Source: Kiritimatiella glycovorans (GTDB lineage Bacteria > Verrucomicrobiota > Kiritimatiellia > Kiritimatiellales > Kiritimatiellaceae). From it: DNA of 32,000 nt. Below, piece by piece: positions 7,911 to 14,766 of this stretch (positions within the stretch are counted from its first letter, which is position 1; the number at the start of each line of letters is the position of its first letter). The position numbers and the translations under genes were made by a program. The notes under the pieces are model-generated. The model searched no databases. It worked only from the letters and a program-made list of their open reading frames with translations, and was not told the DNA's origin. The DNA is taken from assembly GCF_001017655.1 (NCBI RefSeq), contig NZ_CP010904.1, positions 2,220,001 to 2,252,000 on the forward strand, in the 5' to 3' direction.

Positions 7911-9359
7911 ATGAAAAGACCACATTTACTCCGTTCGCTTATTACGGGAATGGCCTTCCAGATCGCACTCATCCCCTCTCTGCTGAGGGGTGCCGATCGG
8001 CCCAATGTGCTCGTTATCATCAGTGACGATCAGGGATGGGCGGACATCGGCTACAACAATCCGAAGGTCTACACACCGAATCTCGATACCCTGGCCCGGA
8101 CAGGGGTAACCTTTATCAACCATTACGTCATGCCGCAGTGCACCCCTACCCGTGTGGCCTTACTGACGGGACGATATCCCGGACGCTTCGGCACTCAGGC
8201 TCTGCAGGCCCACAACGGCCCCGCGTTTCCCATTGGCACCCCTACGATCGCGAGCATGTTTAAGCAATCCGGCTATGCCACCTTCTTATGCGGAAAATGG
8301 CACCTTGGTTGTTCCCCGAAGCATGGACCCAATTTCCACGGGTTTGACCACAGCTACGGATCGCTCGCCGGCGCCATAGGGATGTATGACCACCGCTATC
8401 GCGAGGGACCGCTCAGTGACACCTGGCATCGCGACCATCAGCTCATAGAAGGACACGAGAACGGGGTTCATGCGACAGATCTGGTTACCCGGGAGGCGGT
8501 AGACATTATTGAGAAGAAACGTGATAAGCCTTTCTTCCTGTATCTTGCCTTCCATGCCGTTCATACCCCGCTGGATGAACGGGGACCGTTTGTCGATCAG
8601 CCCACGAAACCGGACCCGAATAATCCCAACCGCTGGATCAACGAAGACAGGATCAAGTGGTTCAACGATCCCGAGGGCAGGATACAAAGCGAACCGGATC
8701 CCGAGAAACGCCTCCTGCTGGCAGCCGCTTATCACCTCGACCATGCGATTGGCGAAATCGTCGATGCTCTTGAGCGCAGCGGAAAAAGAGAAAACACTCT
8801 GATACTCTTTTCGTCCGACAACGGCCCCCAGGTCAACTGGGGAGGGAACGCCTATCCGGACGATCTTAAGCTGACCGATTTTAACCAGCCCCTTCCCATG
8901 AAAGGCAAGAAGCTCGACGTCTGGGAAGGCGGCATCCATGTGCCCGCCTTTGCCAACTGGCCGGGCAGGATATCTCCCGGAGAGCTTACGGACTACGTAC
9001 ACATCATCGACTGGTTTCCTACATTGGCCTCGATCATGGATTATCAACCGGAAGAGTCCATACCGTGGGACGGCATCGATATTTCAGAGGCTATATTTGC
9101 CGACGAACCCCTTGAAAGCCGGGATCTCTACTGGATCTGGAACCGACGGATCAATCGATGGGCTTTGCGCTATGGTGACTGGAAGATCGTGAAATACGGA
9201 CGGGATGAACCCACCCATGCCGGCGCATGGCAGCTCTTCAACCTCAAGAACGATCCGAAAGAAAAGAACAACGTGGCCGCCACCCACCCTGAAGTCGTGG
9301 AAACCCTGCACAAGCGCTTTCTGGTGCAGCGAAGCAAGGATCTGCAGAAGCATAAATGA
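7911..9359 (+). CDS. Cys-type sulfatase (arylsulfatase family S1), Sec signal
   Basis: The track ORF starts at GTG 7899; ATG 7911 is preferred. Motifs: RPNVLVIISDDQGWADIGYNN and MPQCTPTRVALLTGRYPGRFG (the C-x-P-x-R formylglycine motif), with GKWHLG further downstream. GC is noticeably lower than in the neighbours. Confidence 0.9.
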   Translation: MKRPHLLRSLITGMAFQIALIPSLLRGADRPNVLVIISDDQGWADIGYNNPKVYTPNLDTLARTGVTFINHYVMPQCTPTRVALLTGRYPGRFGTQALQAHNGPAFPIGTPTIASMFKQSGYATFLCGKWHLGCSPKHGPNFHGFDHSYGSLAGAIGMYDHRYREGPLSDTWHRDHQLIEGHENGVHATDLVTREAVDIIEKKRDKPFFLYLAFHAVHTPLDERGPFVDQPTKPDPNNPNRWINEDRIKWFNDPEGRIQSEPDPEKRLLLAAAYHLDHAIGEIVDALERSGKRENTLILFSSDNGPQVNWGGNAYPDDLKLTDFNQPLPMKGKKLDVWEGGIHVPAFANWPGRISPGELTDYVHIIDWFPTLASIMDYQPEESIPWDGIDISEAIFADEPLESRDLYWIWNRRINRWALRYGDWKIVKYGRDEPTHAGAWQLFNLKNDPKEKNNVAATHPEVVETLHKRFLVQRSKDLQKHK

Positions 9360-9520
9360 TGAGGCGCGGCACCACTCGCACGGTCAACATATCGAATCCG
9401 CATCCGCTGAAAGGATCGGATTCACCATGACCTGAGTTCCCCATGGAGACCCCCGGGGGAGTATCGTACGCGTACGCGTACTCGAATTGCTTGAATCGGG
9501 GTGAAGGCAGGGATCAGCAG

Positions 9521-9652
9521 TTCTCATTATGGCCCCATTCCGACCGCGGACGGCGTGGCAGCCGTCCCTCCCGAGTCGATATCCGACGCATTTTCGGGCA
9601 CTGGGAGGGTCGGGTGCCACCCCGACCGAAAAGGGTGAAGCCATAATGAGAA
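9521..9652. repeat. 132-bp palindromic element (candidate MITE or structured RNA) with 13-bp perfect terminal inverted repeats
   Basis: TTCTCATTATGGC (9521-9533) is the exact reverse complement of GCCATAATGAGAA (9640-9652). Each arm holds a perfect 7-bp hairpin: GGACGGC-GTGGCA-GCCGTCC (9548-9567) and GGTCGGG-TGCCAC-CCCGACC (9608-9627). CCCTCCC (9566-9572) and GGGAGGG (9603-9609) flank the centre. Confidence 0.8.
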
Positions 9653-9686
9653 TCGCTGGGCAGGGACGGACCTCCGGGCCGTCCGC

Positions 9687-9715
9687 AAAAGAGCGGCGCG
9701 CTCGGAGAGCACGCC
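9687..9715 (-). terminator. candidate intrinsic terminator downstream of the PHP-hydrolase gene
   Basis: The minus strand reads GGCGTGCTC-TCC-GAGCGCGCC, a 9-bp GC-rich stem with one G-U pair, followed by GCTCTTTTG. It lies about 90 nt after the stop at 9807 and is part of a repeat family (see 29106-29171 and 11784-11845). Confidence 0.4.
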
Positions 9716-9806
9716 CTACCCAAGAGGTGCAAGCCGAACCCGTGCGGGAAGGTAGGGACGGACCTCCGGGCCGTCCGCCGTGTGCGTACGCGTACTCAGC
9801 AAAGCG

Positions 9807-11717
9807 CTACGCCTTCACCCATACGGGGGTGGACCAGGCGCGTTCGCCGTTGTCCTGTTCGACGCGCACGTAATAGAAGTGTTCGCCGGGGCCGGGATCG
9901 TCGTCGAACTCGAACTCGACGACGCCGTTCTCACTGCGTTCGCGCCTGATCTCCTCGTTGTCGCGGAGGAACACGACATCCATACCGCCGTCGCGGCCGG
10001 CCACCTCACCCGCGAGTCGGCATCTCCCGCCCGATTCCGTCTCCTGCCCCATCGGGGTGCCGTTGACGCTGAAATCGAGGTAGATCCGGTCGAACGTGGT
10101 GGCGTAGACGCTGCGGTTCCACAGCGCGTCCCAGATCGATTCCCGGTCGAGCCGCGGCGCGACGAAGGCGGTCATGCCGTTCTTGGTCACCATCCATTCG
10201 CAGCGTCCCGGACGCGAGACGTGGGTGTCCGAGCAGGCGATCACGCCCGTGCGGATGCCCTGCGCGAGCCCCGCCTGGAGCGTTTTATCCGGATCGAGGT
10301 TGGGAAGACTGCGCGGATTGCCCGCGTACTCGGCGGTTCCGTGGCACGAATAGACCTCGGCGAACCGGCAGGAGCGCGGATCCCATTCGCCCCAGGGATA
10401 GGTCTTCTCGCCGCGGTCGTAGGCGAAATGATGCGGCCCGGCGGCCATCACGGGCCCGCCGCGATTATACTGCTCCCACGCGAGTTTCAGGCATCCCCCG
10501 TATTTCGGCGTGTAGTACTCCGAGTGGGGCGCCTCCACGGTCCGGTGATAGAAGTTGATGTGGTCGAAGTGCGTCCCGGCCTCCTCGGCGAGCAGCGTCA
10601 CGTAACGGCCCGGCTCATAGAAATCACGCACGATCTGCTGCGTCCCCGGCCAGTCGTAGTGCCAGTGATCCGACAGCGCGCAGACGTCGAGATTGGCCTC
10701 GTCGCGCCCGAAGCGGTAGTATTCCTCCATCGTGCCGCAGCCGTCGGAGACGCGCGTATGACCGTGGATGTCCCCGAACCAGATCCGGTTCGCGGGCGGG
10801 TCGTTGAAGACGCGGATCGGCTCGCCGCGTCCCTCGAGTCCGCCGCCGCGCAGCCGCAGGCGGTGCGGACCCTCGTCGCGCAGCTCGATCCGGATGCGCG
10901 CCATCCCGCGCCGCAGCCGCACGCCGCGCCTGAGGACCGATCCGTCCTCGTCGCGCACCTCCACCTCTTTTTCGAAATCGACGGCGGTGTTGTAGAAGGC
11001 GTCCTCGGCGCGCACGAGCAGTTCGAACGGCTCGCCGCGGACCTGCACCATCGGGGCCGTAGCGATCAGGTGATCCGCCGCGGCGGGCTCGATATCCCGC
11101 GCCGGATACTCGCCGATTCCCTCGAACACGCCGTCGGCGTCCGAGTCGGTGGCGACAAAGAACTCGTGGTTCGGGTCGGCGGTACTGGGCACGCGCGCCT
11201 TATGGCGATTCGCGCCGAAGATCACGCGCACCTTTTCGCCCTCGCGCAGGGCGCGGCCGCTGATTTTTGTCTGGATGCACTGGTGATAGATCAGCGGCGT
11301 GGAGCCCGACCAGTCCATCGCCGGCGGTCCGCCGGGGGCGCGGTGCATCGATTCGTTCGGCGCCCATCCGTACCAGTGGTTTTCAAGCTTCACGCCGTCC
11401 GGCCCCTCGACGCCGATATAATTCGGGGCGTCGGGGTTATCGACCTGAAATTTCGAGATATGACCGGTGCGGGTGTTCCAGAGCGCGGCGTGGTGGACGC
11501 CGACCCAGATCCCGCCGCCGACCGGGATGCCGCCCGCGCCGACGGCGACCTCGACGACCACGCGGGTTTTCGTCCCGGCCACGAGCCGGTCCGGCTCGAG
11601 GATGCGCGCCGATCCCGCGCCGCTCCCGTCGTAGGCGCGGGTGACAAAGGGCGTCAGGCCGGTCGCACCGGCGGCGACGCCGAGCTGAGCGATAAATCCT
11701 CTGCGGTTCTGTTTCAT
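9807..11717 (-). CDS. Tat-exported PHP-domain (CehA/McbA-like) metallohydrolase with N-terminal beta-sandwich region
   Basis: The track ORF is 9807-11837. The internal ATG at 11717 has a GGGAGA RBS and yields MKQNRRGFIAQLGVAAGATG, a twin-arginine signal. PHP-type metal motifs: WFGDIHGHTRVSDGCG, CALSDHWHYD and IACSDTHVSRPG. Confidence 0.7.
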   Translation of the reverse strand: MKQNRRGFIAQLGVAAGATGLTPFVTRAYDGSGAGSARILEPDRLVAGTKTRVVVEVAVGAGGIPVGGGIWVGVHHAALWNTRTGHISKFQVDNPDAPNYIGVEGPDGVKLENHWYGWAPNESMHRAPGGPPAMDWSGSTPLIYHQCIQTKISGRALREGEKVRVIFGANRHKARVPSTADPNHEFFVATDSDADGVFEGIGEYPARDIEPAAADHLIATAPMVQVRGEPFELLVRAEDAFYNTAVDFEKEVEVRDEDGSVLRRGVRLRRGMARIRIELRDEGPHRLRLRGGGLEGRGEPIRVFNDPPANRIWFGDIHGHTRVSDGCGTMEEYYRFGRDEANLDVCALSDHWHYDWPGTQQIVRDFYEPGRYVTLLAEEAGTHFDHINFYHRTVEAPHSEYYTPKYGGCLKLAWEQYNRGGPVMAAGPHHFAYDRGEKTYPWGEWDPRSCRFAEVYSCHGTAEYAGNPRSLPNLDPDKTLQAGLAQGIRTGVIACSDTHVSRPGRCEWMVTKNGMTAFVAPRLDRESIWDALWNRSVYATTFDRIYLDFSVNGTPMGQETESGGRCRLAGEVAGRDGGMDVVFLRDNEEIRRERSENGVVEFEFDDDPGPGEHFYYVRVEQDNGERAWSTPVWVKA

Positions 11718-11747
11718 GACGGTTCTCCCTGTCAGTTTCTTCAGACG

Positions 11748-11775
11748 GGGCGGTTCGGCTGCATACCCGAACCGC
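11748..11775 (-). other. intercistronic perfect 10-bp hairpin between the sulfatase and the PHP-hydrolase genes
   Basis: GGCGGTTCGG-CTGCATAC-CCGAACCGCC. There is no U-tract on the transcribed strand, so it is more likely an mRNA processing or stability element than a terminator. Confidence 0.4.
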
Positions 11776-11783
11776 CGCAATAA

Positions 11784-11845
11784 CGGCGCGCTCAGCCTGT
11801 CCGCCGAAGGCATCAAGGCCGAAGGCGGAGAGAGCACGCCCTACC
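11784..11845 (-). repeat. gene-end repeat family, copy C (interrupted); overlaps the sulfatase stop codon
   Basis: The minus strand reads GGTAGGGCGTGCTCTCTCCG...(34 nt)...GAGCGCGCCG. The TAG inside GGTAGGG is the stop codon of CDS 11841-13262. Confidence 0.6.
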
Positions 11846-13262
11846 TTTTCGCCGCGAGCATCGTCTCGAGCCGCTCCACGGTCTCTGCATACTCCGGGTG
11901 ATCCACTACATTGTGGTGTTCTTCGGGGTCGTTCTTATGATCGTAAAGCGCCCGGCCGCCCTCCCGTCCGGTCCACTCGCAGTAGCGCCAGCGTTCGGTG
12001 CGCACCGACCACAGGTTGCGGCCGAACTGTGTATAGGCCGCACCGCTCCATTCATCCCAAGCCATCGTCGGCTCACGCAGCAGCGGCACCAGATTTCGAC
12101 CTTCGAGTCCCTCCGGCCGTTCAAATCCGGCCATGCGGGCGAGCGTCGGGTAGAGATCGAGGAATTCCACGACGCGGTGACAGGTCCGGCCGGCGGTGGG
12201 CATGCCGGGATAGGCGATCATCAGCGGCGAGCGCGCGGACCGCTCGAAGACCGTGGTCTTGCCCCACCAGTCCTTCTCCCAGCAGTGGTACCCGTGATCG
12301 CCCAGGAACACGACGATCGTGTCCTCTTCGAGGCCGAGTTCGCGGAGGCGGTCGAGGACCTGGCCCACGGAGTCGTCCACATACGATATGCAGGCGTAGT
12401 ACGCGCGGAGCAGCTCCTTCTTCTCGACCGTCGTGAGCTGTTCGTAGGCCTGCCCCCACTGCCCGATCGGGAACGCGCCGGCGGGCGGGTCGTCGGCGTC
12501 GGCGGGTTCTTCGGGAAGACGCAGCTTTTCGACGGGGTAGGGTTCGAAGAACCGCTGCGGCGCGAAATAGGGGTTGTGAGGCCGAATGAAGCCGCAGGCG
12601 AGGAAGAACGGTTCTTCCTTCTGCGCGCATACGTCGAGCTGATCCAGGGTATGACGCAAAATGCTGTCGTCGTACGTATCGCCCTCCGTGACCTCCTTCC
12701 AGAGACACCACCCGAGCTGGTGCTCGTGATTGCGGGTGGGGTTGTCGAACGGACCTTTCGTACTGCGCAGCTCGTCGAGCCACCACTCGGCGGCAAAATC
12801 CCAGCTCTTCGGATCCTTCTCGCCGACGTGGAACGTTTTGCCGATCGTGGCGGTATAGTAGCCCTGTTCGCGGAAGAACTGCGGAAGGCTGACCACGTCG
12901 GGGTTCAGGTCGCGGAAGTTGTCCTTGTTGTTGACGACCCCCAGCGTCTCCGGCCGCAGGCCGGTCAGGAACGACGCCCGGCTGGGATTGCAGACGGAGA
13001 ACTGACAGTAGGCGTGGTGGAAACGGACGCCGCGCCGGGCCAGCGCGTCAAGGTTCGGGGTCTGCACGATCGGGTGTCCGTAACAGCCGATATCGGTGTT
13101 GAGGTCGTCCGAGATGAGAAAGAGGACGTTTTTACGCCCGCCCTCCGCCTTCGCCGTCAATCCCGCCGCCGGTCCCGCGGCCGCGATCCCCGCGCCCGCC
13201 GCGGCCATCCGCAGAAAATCCCGCCGGCCCAGTCTCGTCTCAGCACCGTGATTCCGCCGCAT
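11841..13262 (-). CDS. Cys-type sulfatase, iduronate-2-sulfatase-like, Tat signal
   Basis: 473-aa ORF with a GAGAGGAGG RBS. The Tat signal is RLGRRDFLRMAAAGAGIAAAG. The segment KNVLFLISDDLNTDIGCYGHPIVQTPNLDALARRGVRFHHAYCQFSVCNPSRASFLTGLRPE closely follows the iduronate-2-sulfatase active-site pattern (C-x-P-S-R). Confidence 0.9.
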   Translation of the reverse strand: MRRNHGAETRLGRRDFLRMAAAGAGIAAAGPAAGLTAKAEGGRKNVLFLISDDLNTDIGCYGHPIVQTPNLDALARRGVRFHHAYCQFSVCNPSRASFLTGLRPETLGVVNNKDNFRDLNPDVVSLPQFFREQGYYTATIGKTFHVGEKDPKSWDFAAEWWLDELRSTKGPFDNPTRNHEHQLGWCLWKEVTEGDTYDDSILRHTLDQLDVCAQKEEPFFLACGFIRPHNPYFAPQRFFEPYPVEKLRLPEEPADADDPPAGAFPIGQWGQAYEQLTTVEKKELLRAYYACISYVDDSVGQVLDRLRELGLEEDTIVVFLGDHGYHCWEKDWWGKTTVFERSARSPLMIAYPGMPTAGRTCHRVVEFLDLYPTLARMAGFERPEGLEGRNLVPLLREPTMAWDEWSGAAYTQFGRNLWSVRTERWRYCEWTGREGGRALYDHKNDPEEHHNVVDHPEYAETVERLETMLAAKR

Positions 13263-13287
13263 CTCATCCTCCTCTCATAACCGTTTC

Positions 13288-13338
13288 ATTATGATCCCCC
13301 CGTCCCCGGAGTCAACGGGAAATTGCTATCGTTTGCAC
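13288..13338 (-). promoter_or_regulatory. sigma70-type promoter plus conserved upstream operator of sulfatase 11841-13262
   Basis: The minus strand reads GTGCAAACGATAGCAATTTCCCG-TTGACT-(16 nt)-CATAAT-(25 nt)-ATG. The block from GTGCAAACGATAGC to TTGAxTCC recurs almost identically at 30722-30751, upstream of a different sulfatase. Confidence 0.6.
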
Positions 13339-13364
13339 GCCTTCCGGCAGGATGCGGGGATAGA

Positions 13365-13390
13365 CCATGAAGAACATGAAGGGCATGAAG
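13365..13390 (-). repeat. three tandem 9-bp units CTTCATGNN (minus-strand reading)
   Basis: The minus strand reads CTTCATGCC-CTTCATGTT-CTTCATGGT and continues ..ATCCCC. A second array with the same orientation relative to its downstream gene is at 19486-19512. Confidence 0.75.
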
Positions 13391-13428
13391 ATTGGTTTGG
13401 GGGAGGCGAAGGCGGGCTTGCGGGCCTG

Positions 13429-14583
13429 CTACGAACGTTCTTTTTCCTTCATACGGTACTGGCGCGGGGTCATCCCGAAACGCTGCCGGAAGATGCGGTG
13501 AAGATACTCGGGCGTGTTGAATCCCGATACGGCGGCGATATCGGAGACCGAATAACTCGTCTCGCGCAGCAGCTGGCACACGCGGTTGACCCGCAACCGC
13601 ATCAGCTCGCCGTGAATGGTCTGGTTCAGACGGGCCTTGAAGCAGCGCTGCAGCGAGCGGCGCGAGGTCCCCGAAGCCTCTACGATGTCCTCGACGCTCA
13701 GGTCGCGATGGAAGTTGGCGTGGAGGTAGCGCAGCGCACGCACCATGCAGGGATCGTTGATCGCGAAAATGTCGCTGCTCTGGCGTACGGTAATGCCCCG
13801 GTGCGGGATGGTGATGATCCTGCGCGCGGAGGGCTCCCCGCTCATCAGCCGGTCCAGCTCGGCCGCCGCCCGCCTCCCCAGCTCTTCGAGGTCGTGATTG
13901 ATGCTCGACAGGGGCACCGCGGCCGTCGGGCAGATCAGCGGATGATTGTCGGTGCCGAGTACGGCCACTTCATGCGGAACCTGAATGCCGCCGGAGACAC
14001 AGGCATCGAGAAGATCGGCCGCCTGAACGTCGTTGTAGACATACGCCGCACACGGCAGGGCGGCGACCGCCAGCTCGTCGTGGATCCATGCCTCCAGCTT
14101 CTCCCACGGAGGGGTCCGGGTGCCGAACTGCGCATCGACGACCAGCCGTCGACAGTTGAACCCATGACGCGCCAGCTCCGCCGTGTAGCCCTCACAACGT
14201 TTACGGGCGGGGGCATGGTCCCGCGCCGAGAACCAGAGAAAGCTCCTGAATCCGCGATCAAGAAAATGGAGCGCGGCCTCGCGTCCCATCGCCTCGTTGT
14301 CGCCGGTCAGGTGCGGCATTGCCAGACGATCGCGGATGATCGACAGATCGACCTTCGGAACGCGGCGACGAAGCACCGCGCCGGTCAGGGGATCGTCCGG
14401 ATCCAGCACCGCCACGATCCCGTCACACCCCCGCCTGCGGATGGGACCGGGGTCCGTTCCGAAGAGATTGGTCAGGTGCCAGCGGTTCCCGCTCGCATAC
14501 TGAGCCACCCCGCGATGGACGCGCATGTTGTACCGCTCGCCCATCACCAGCAGAACCCGCCGATGCCTGATCAGTCTGTCCAT
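13429..14583 (-). CDS. XylR-like hybrid regulator: sugar-binding (LacI/PBP-type) sensor domain + C-terminal AraC-family HTH
   Basis: 384-aa ORF. The C-terminal segment VEDIVEASGTSRRSLQRCFKARLNQTIHGELMRLRVNRVCQLLRETSYSVSDIAAVSGFNTPEYLHRIFRQRFGMTPRQYR is a canonical AraC dual-HTH. The N-terminal ~270 aa have a PBP-like alternating pattern. Confidence 0.85.
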   Translation of the reverse strand: MDRLIRHRRVLLVMGERYNMRVHRGVAQYASGNRWHLTNLFGTDPGPIRRRGCDGIVAVLDPDDPLTGAVLRRRVPKVDLSIIRDRLAMPHLTGDNEAMGREAALHFLDRGFRSFLWFSARDHAPARKRCEGYTAELARHGFNCRRLVVDAQFGTRTPPWEKLEAWIHDELAVAALPCAAYVYNDVQAADLLDACVSGGIQVPHEVAVLGTDNHPLICPTAAVPLSSINHDLEELGRRAAAELDRLMSGEPSARRIITIPHRGITVRQSSDIFAINDPCMVRALRYLHANFHRDLSVEDIVEASGTSRRSLQRCFKARLNQTIHGELMRLRVNRVCQLLRETSYSVSDIAAVSGFNTPEYLHRIFRQRFGMTPRQYRMKEKERS

Positions 14584-14766
14584 GGCCGGCCATGCTGCCC
14601 GACTATGGCGCGATTGTACATACTTTTTTGGCAGAATTTACATCTAGGAATTAACCTCAGAGCAGATCACACTGACCGACGTCTTAATGGGAAATCGATT
14701 GCTCGCGCTTTCAGCGCATGAGCAATGGACGGGGGAGAGGTAAACCAAGCAAAGGGAGAAAGAACG

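Larger units (their letters stand above)
9445..9797. repeat. composite interspersed repeat (copy a), interrupted by nested elements; homologous to 18882-18999
   Basis: The 5' part GGAGACCCCCGGGGGAGTATCGTACGCGTACGCGTACTCG...TGAAGGCAGGGAT...CAGCAG (9445-9520) matches 18882-18950. The 3' part GGCCGTCCGCCGTGTGCGTAC (9769-9789) is identical to 18953-18973. About 250 bp of extra, hairpin-rich sequence sits between the two parts in this copy. Confidence 0.8.

Noticed and set aside
9394-9423. Hairpin GAATCCGCATCC-GCTGAAA-GGATCGGATTC after the sulfatase stop (9359), considered as an intrinsic terminator
   Set aside because: The stem is real (11 bp with one bulge), but it is followed by ACCATGACC with no U-tract. 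I did not call it a terminator.
9445-9800. Possible CRISPR array, because of the many short repeats here and at 18880-19520
   Set aside because: The repeats are heterogeneous in length and irregularly spaced, many are palindromic or nested, there is no repeat-spacer periodicity, and no cas genes are present in the window.
13324-13337. Reading TGCAAACGATAGCA as a bona fide CcpA/LacI cre operator
   Set aside because: It fits the degenerate cre pattern but is only a partial palindrome, it lies upstream of -35, and no LacI-type HTH regulator is encoded in the window. I keep it as an unassigned operator rather than calling it cre.
14630-14646. Sigma-54-like TGGCA in TTTTTTGGCAGAATTTACATC upstream of the PEP-CTERM/GH115 operon
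   Set aside because: The -12 element (TTGC) is missing at the required spacing. I regard this only as an AT-rich divergent promoter region and do not call a specific promoter.
14694-14716. Weak resemblance of CTTAATGGGAAATCGATTGCT to the sulfatase operator block (AACGGGAAATTGCT)
   Set aside because: Only about 12 scattered matches with an indel. No acceptable -10 element lies at the corresponding distance on either strand. It is probably chance.
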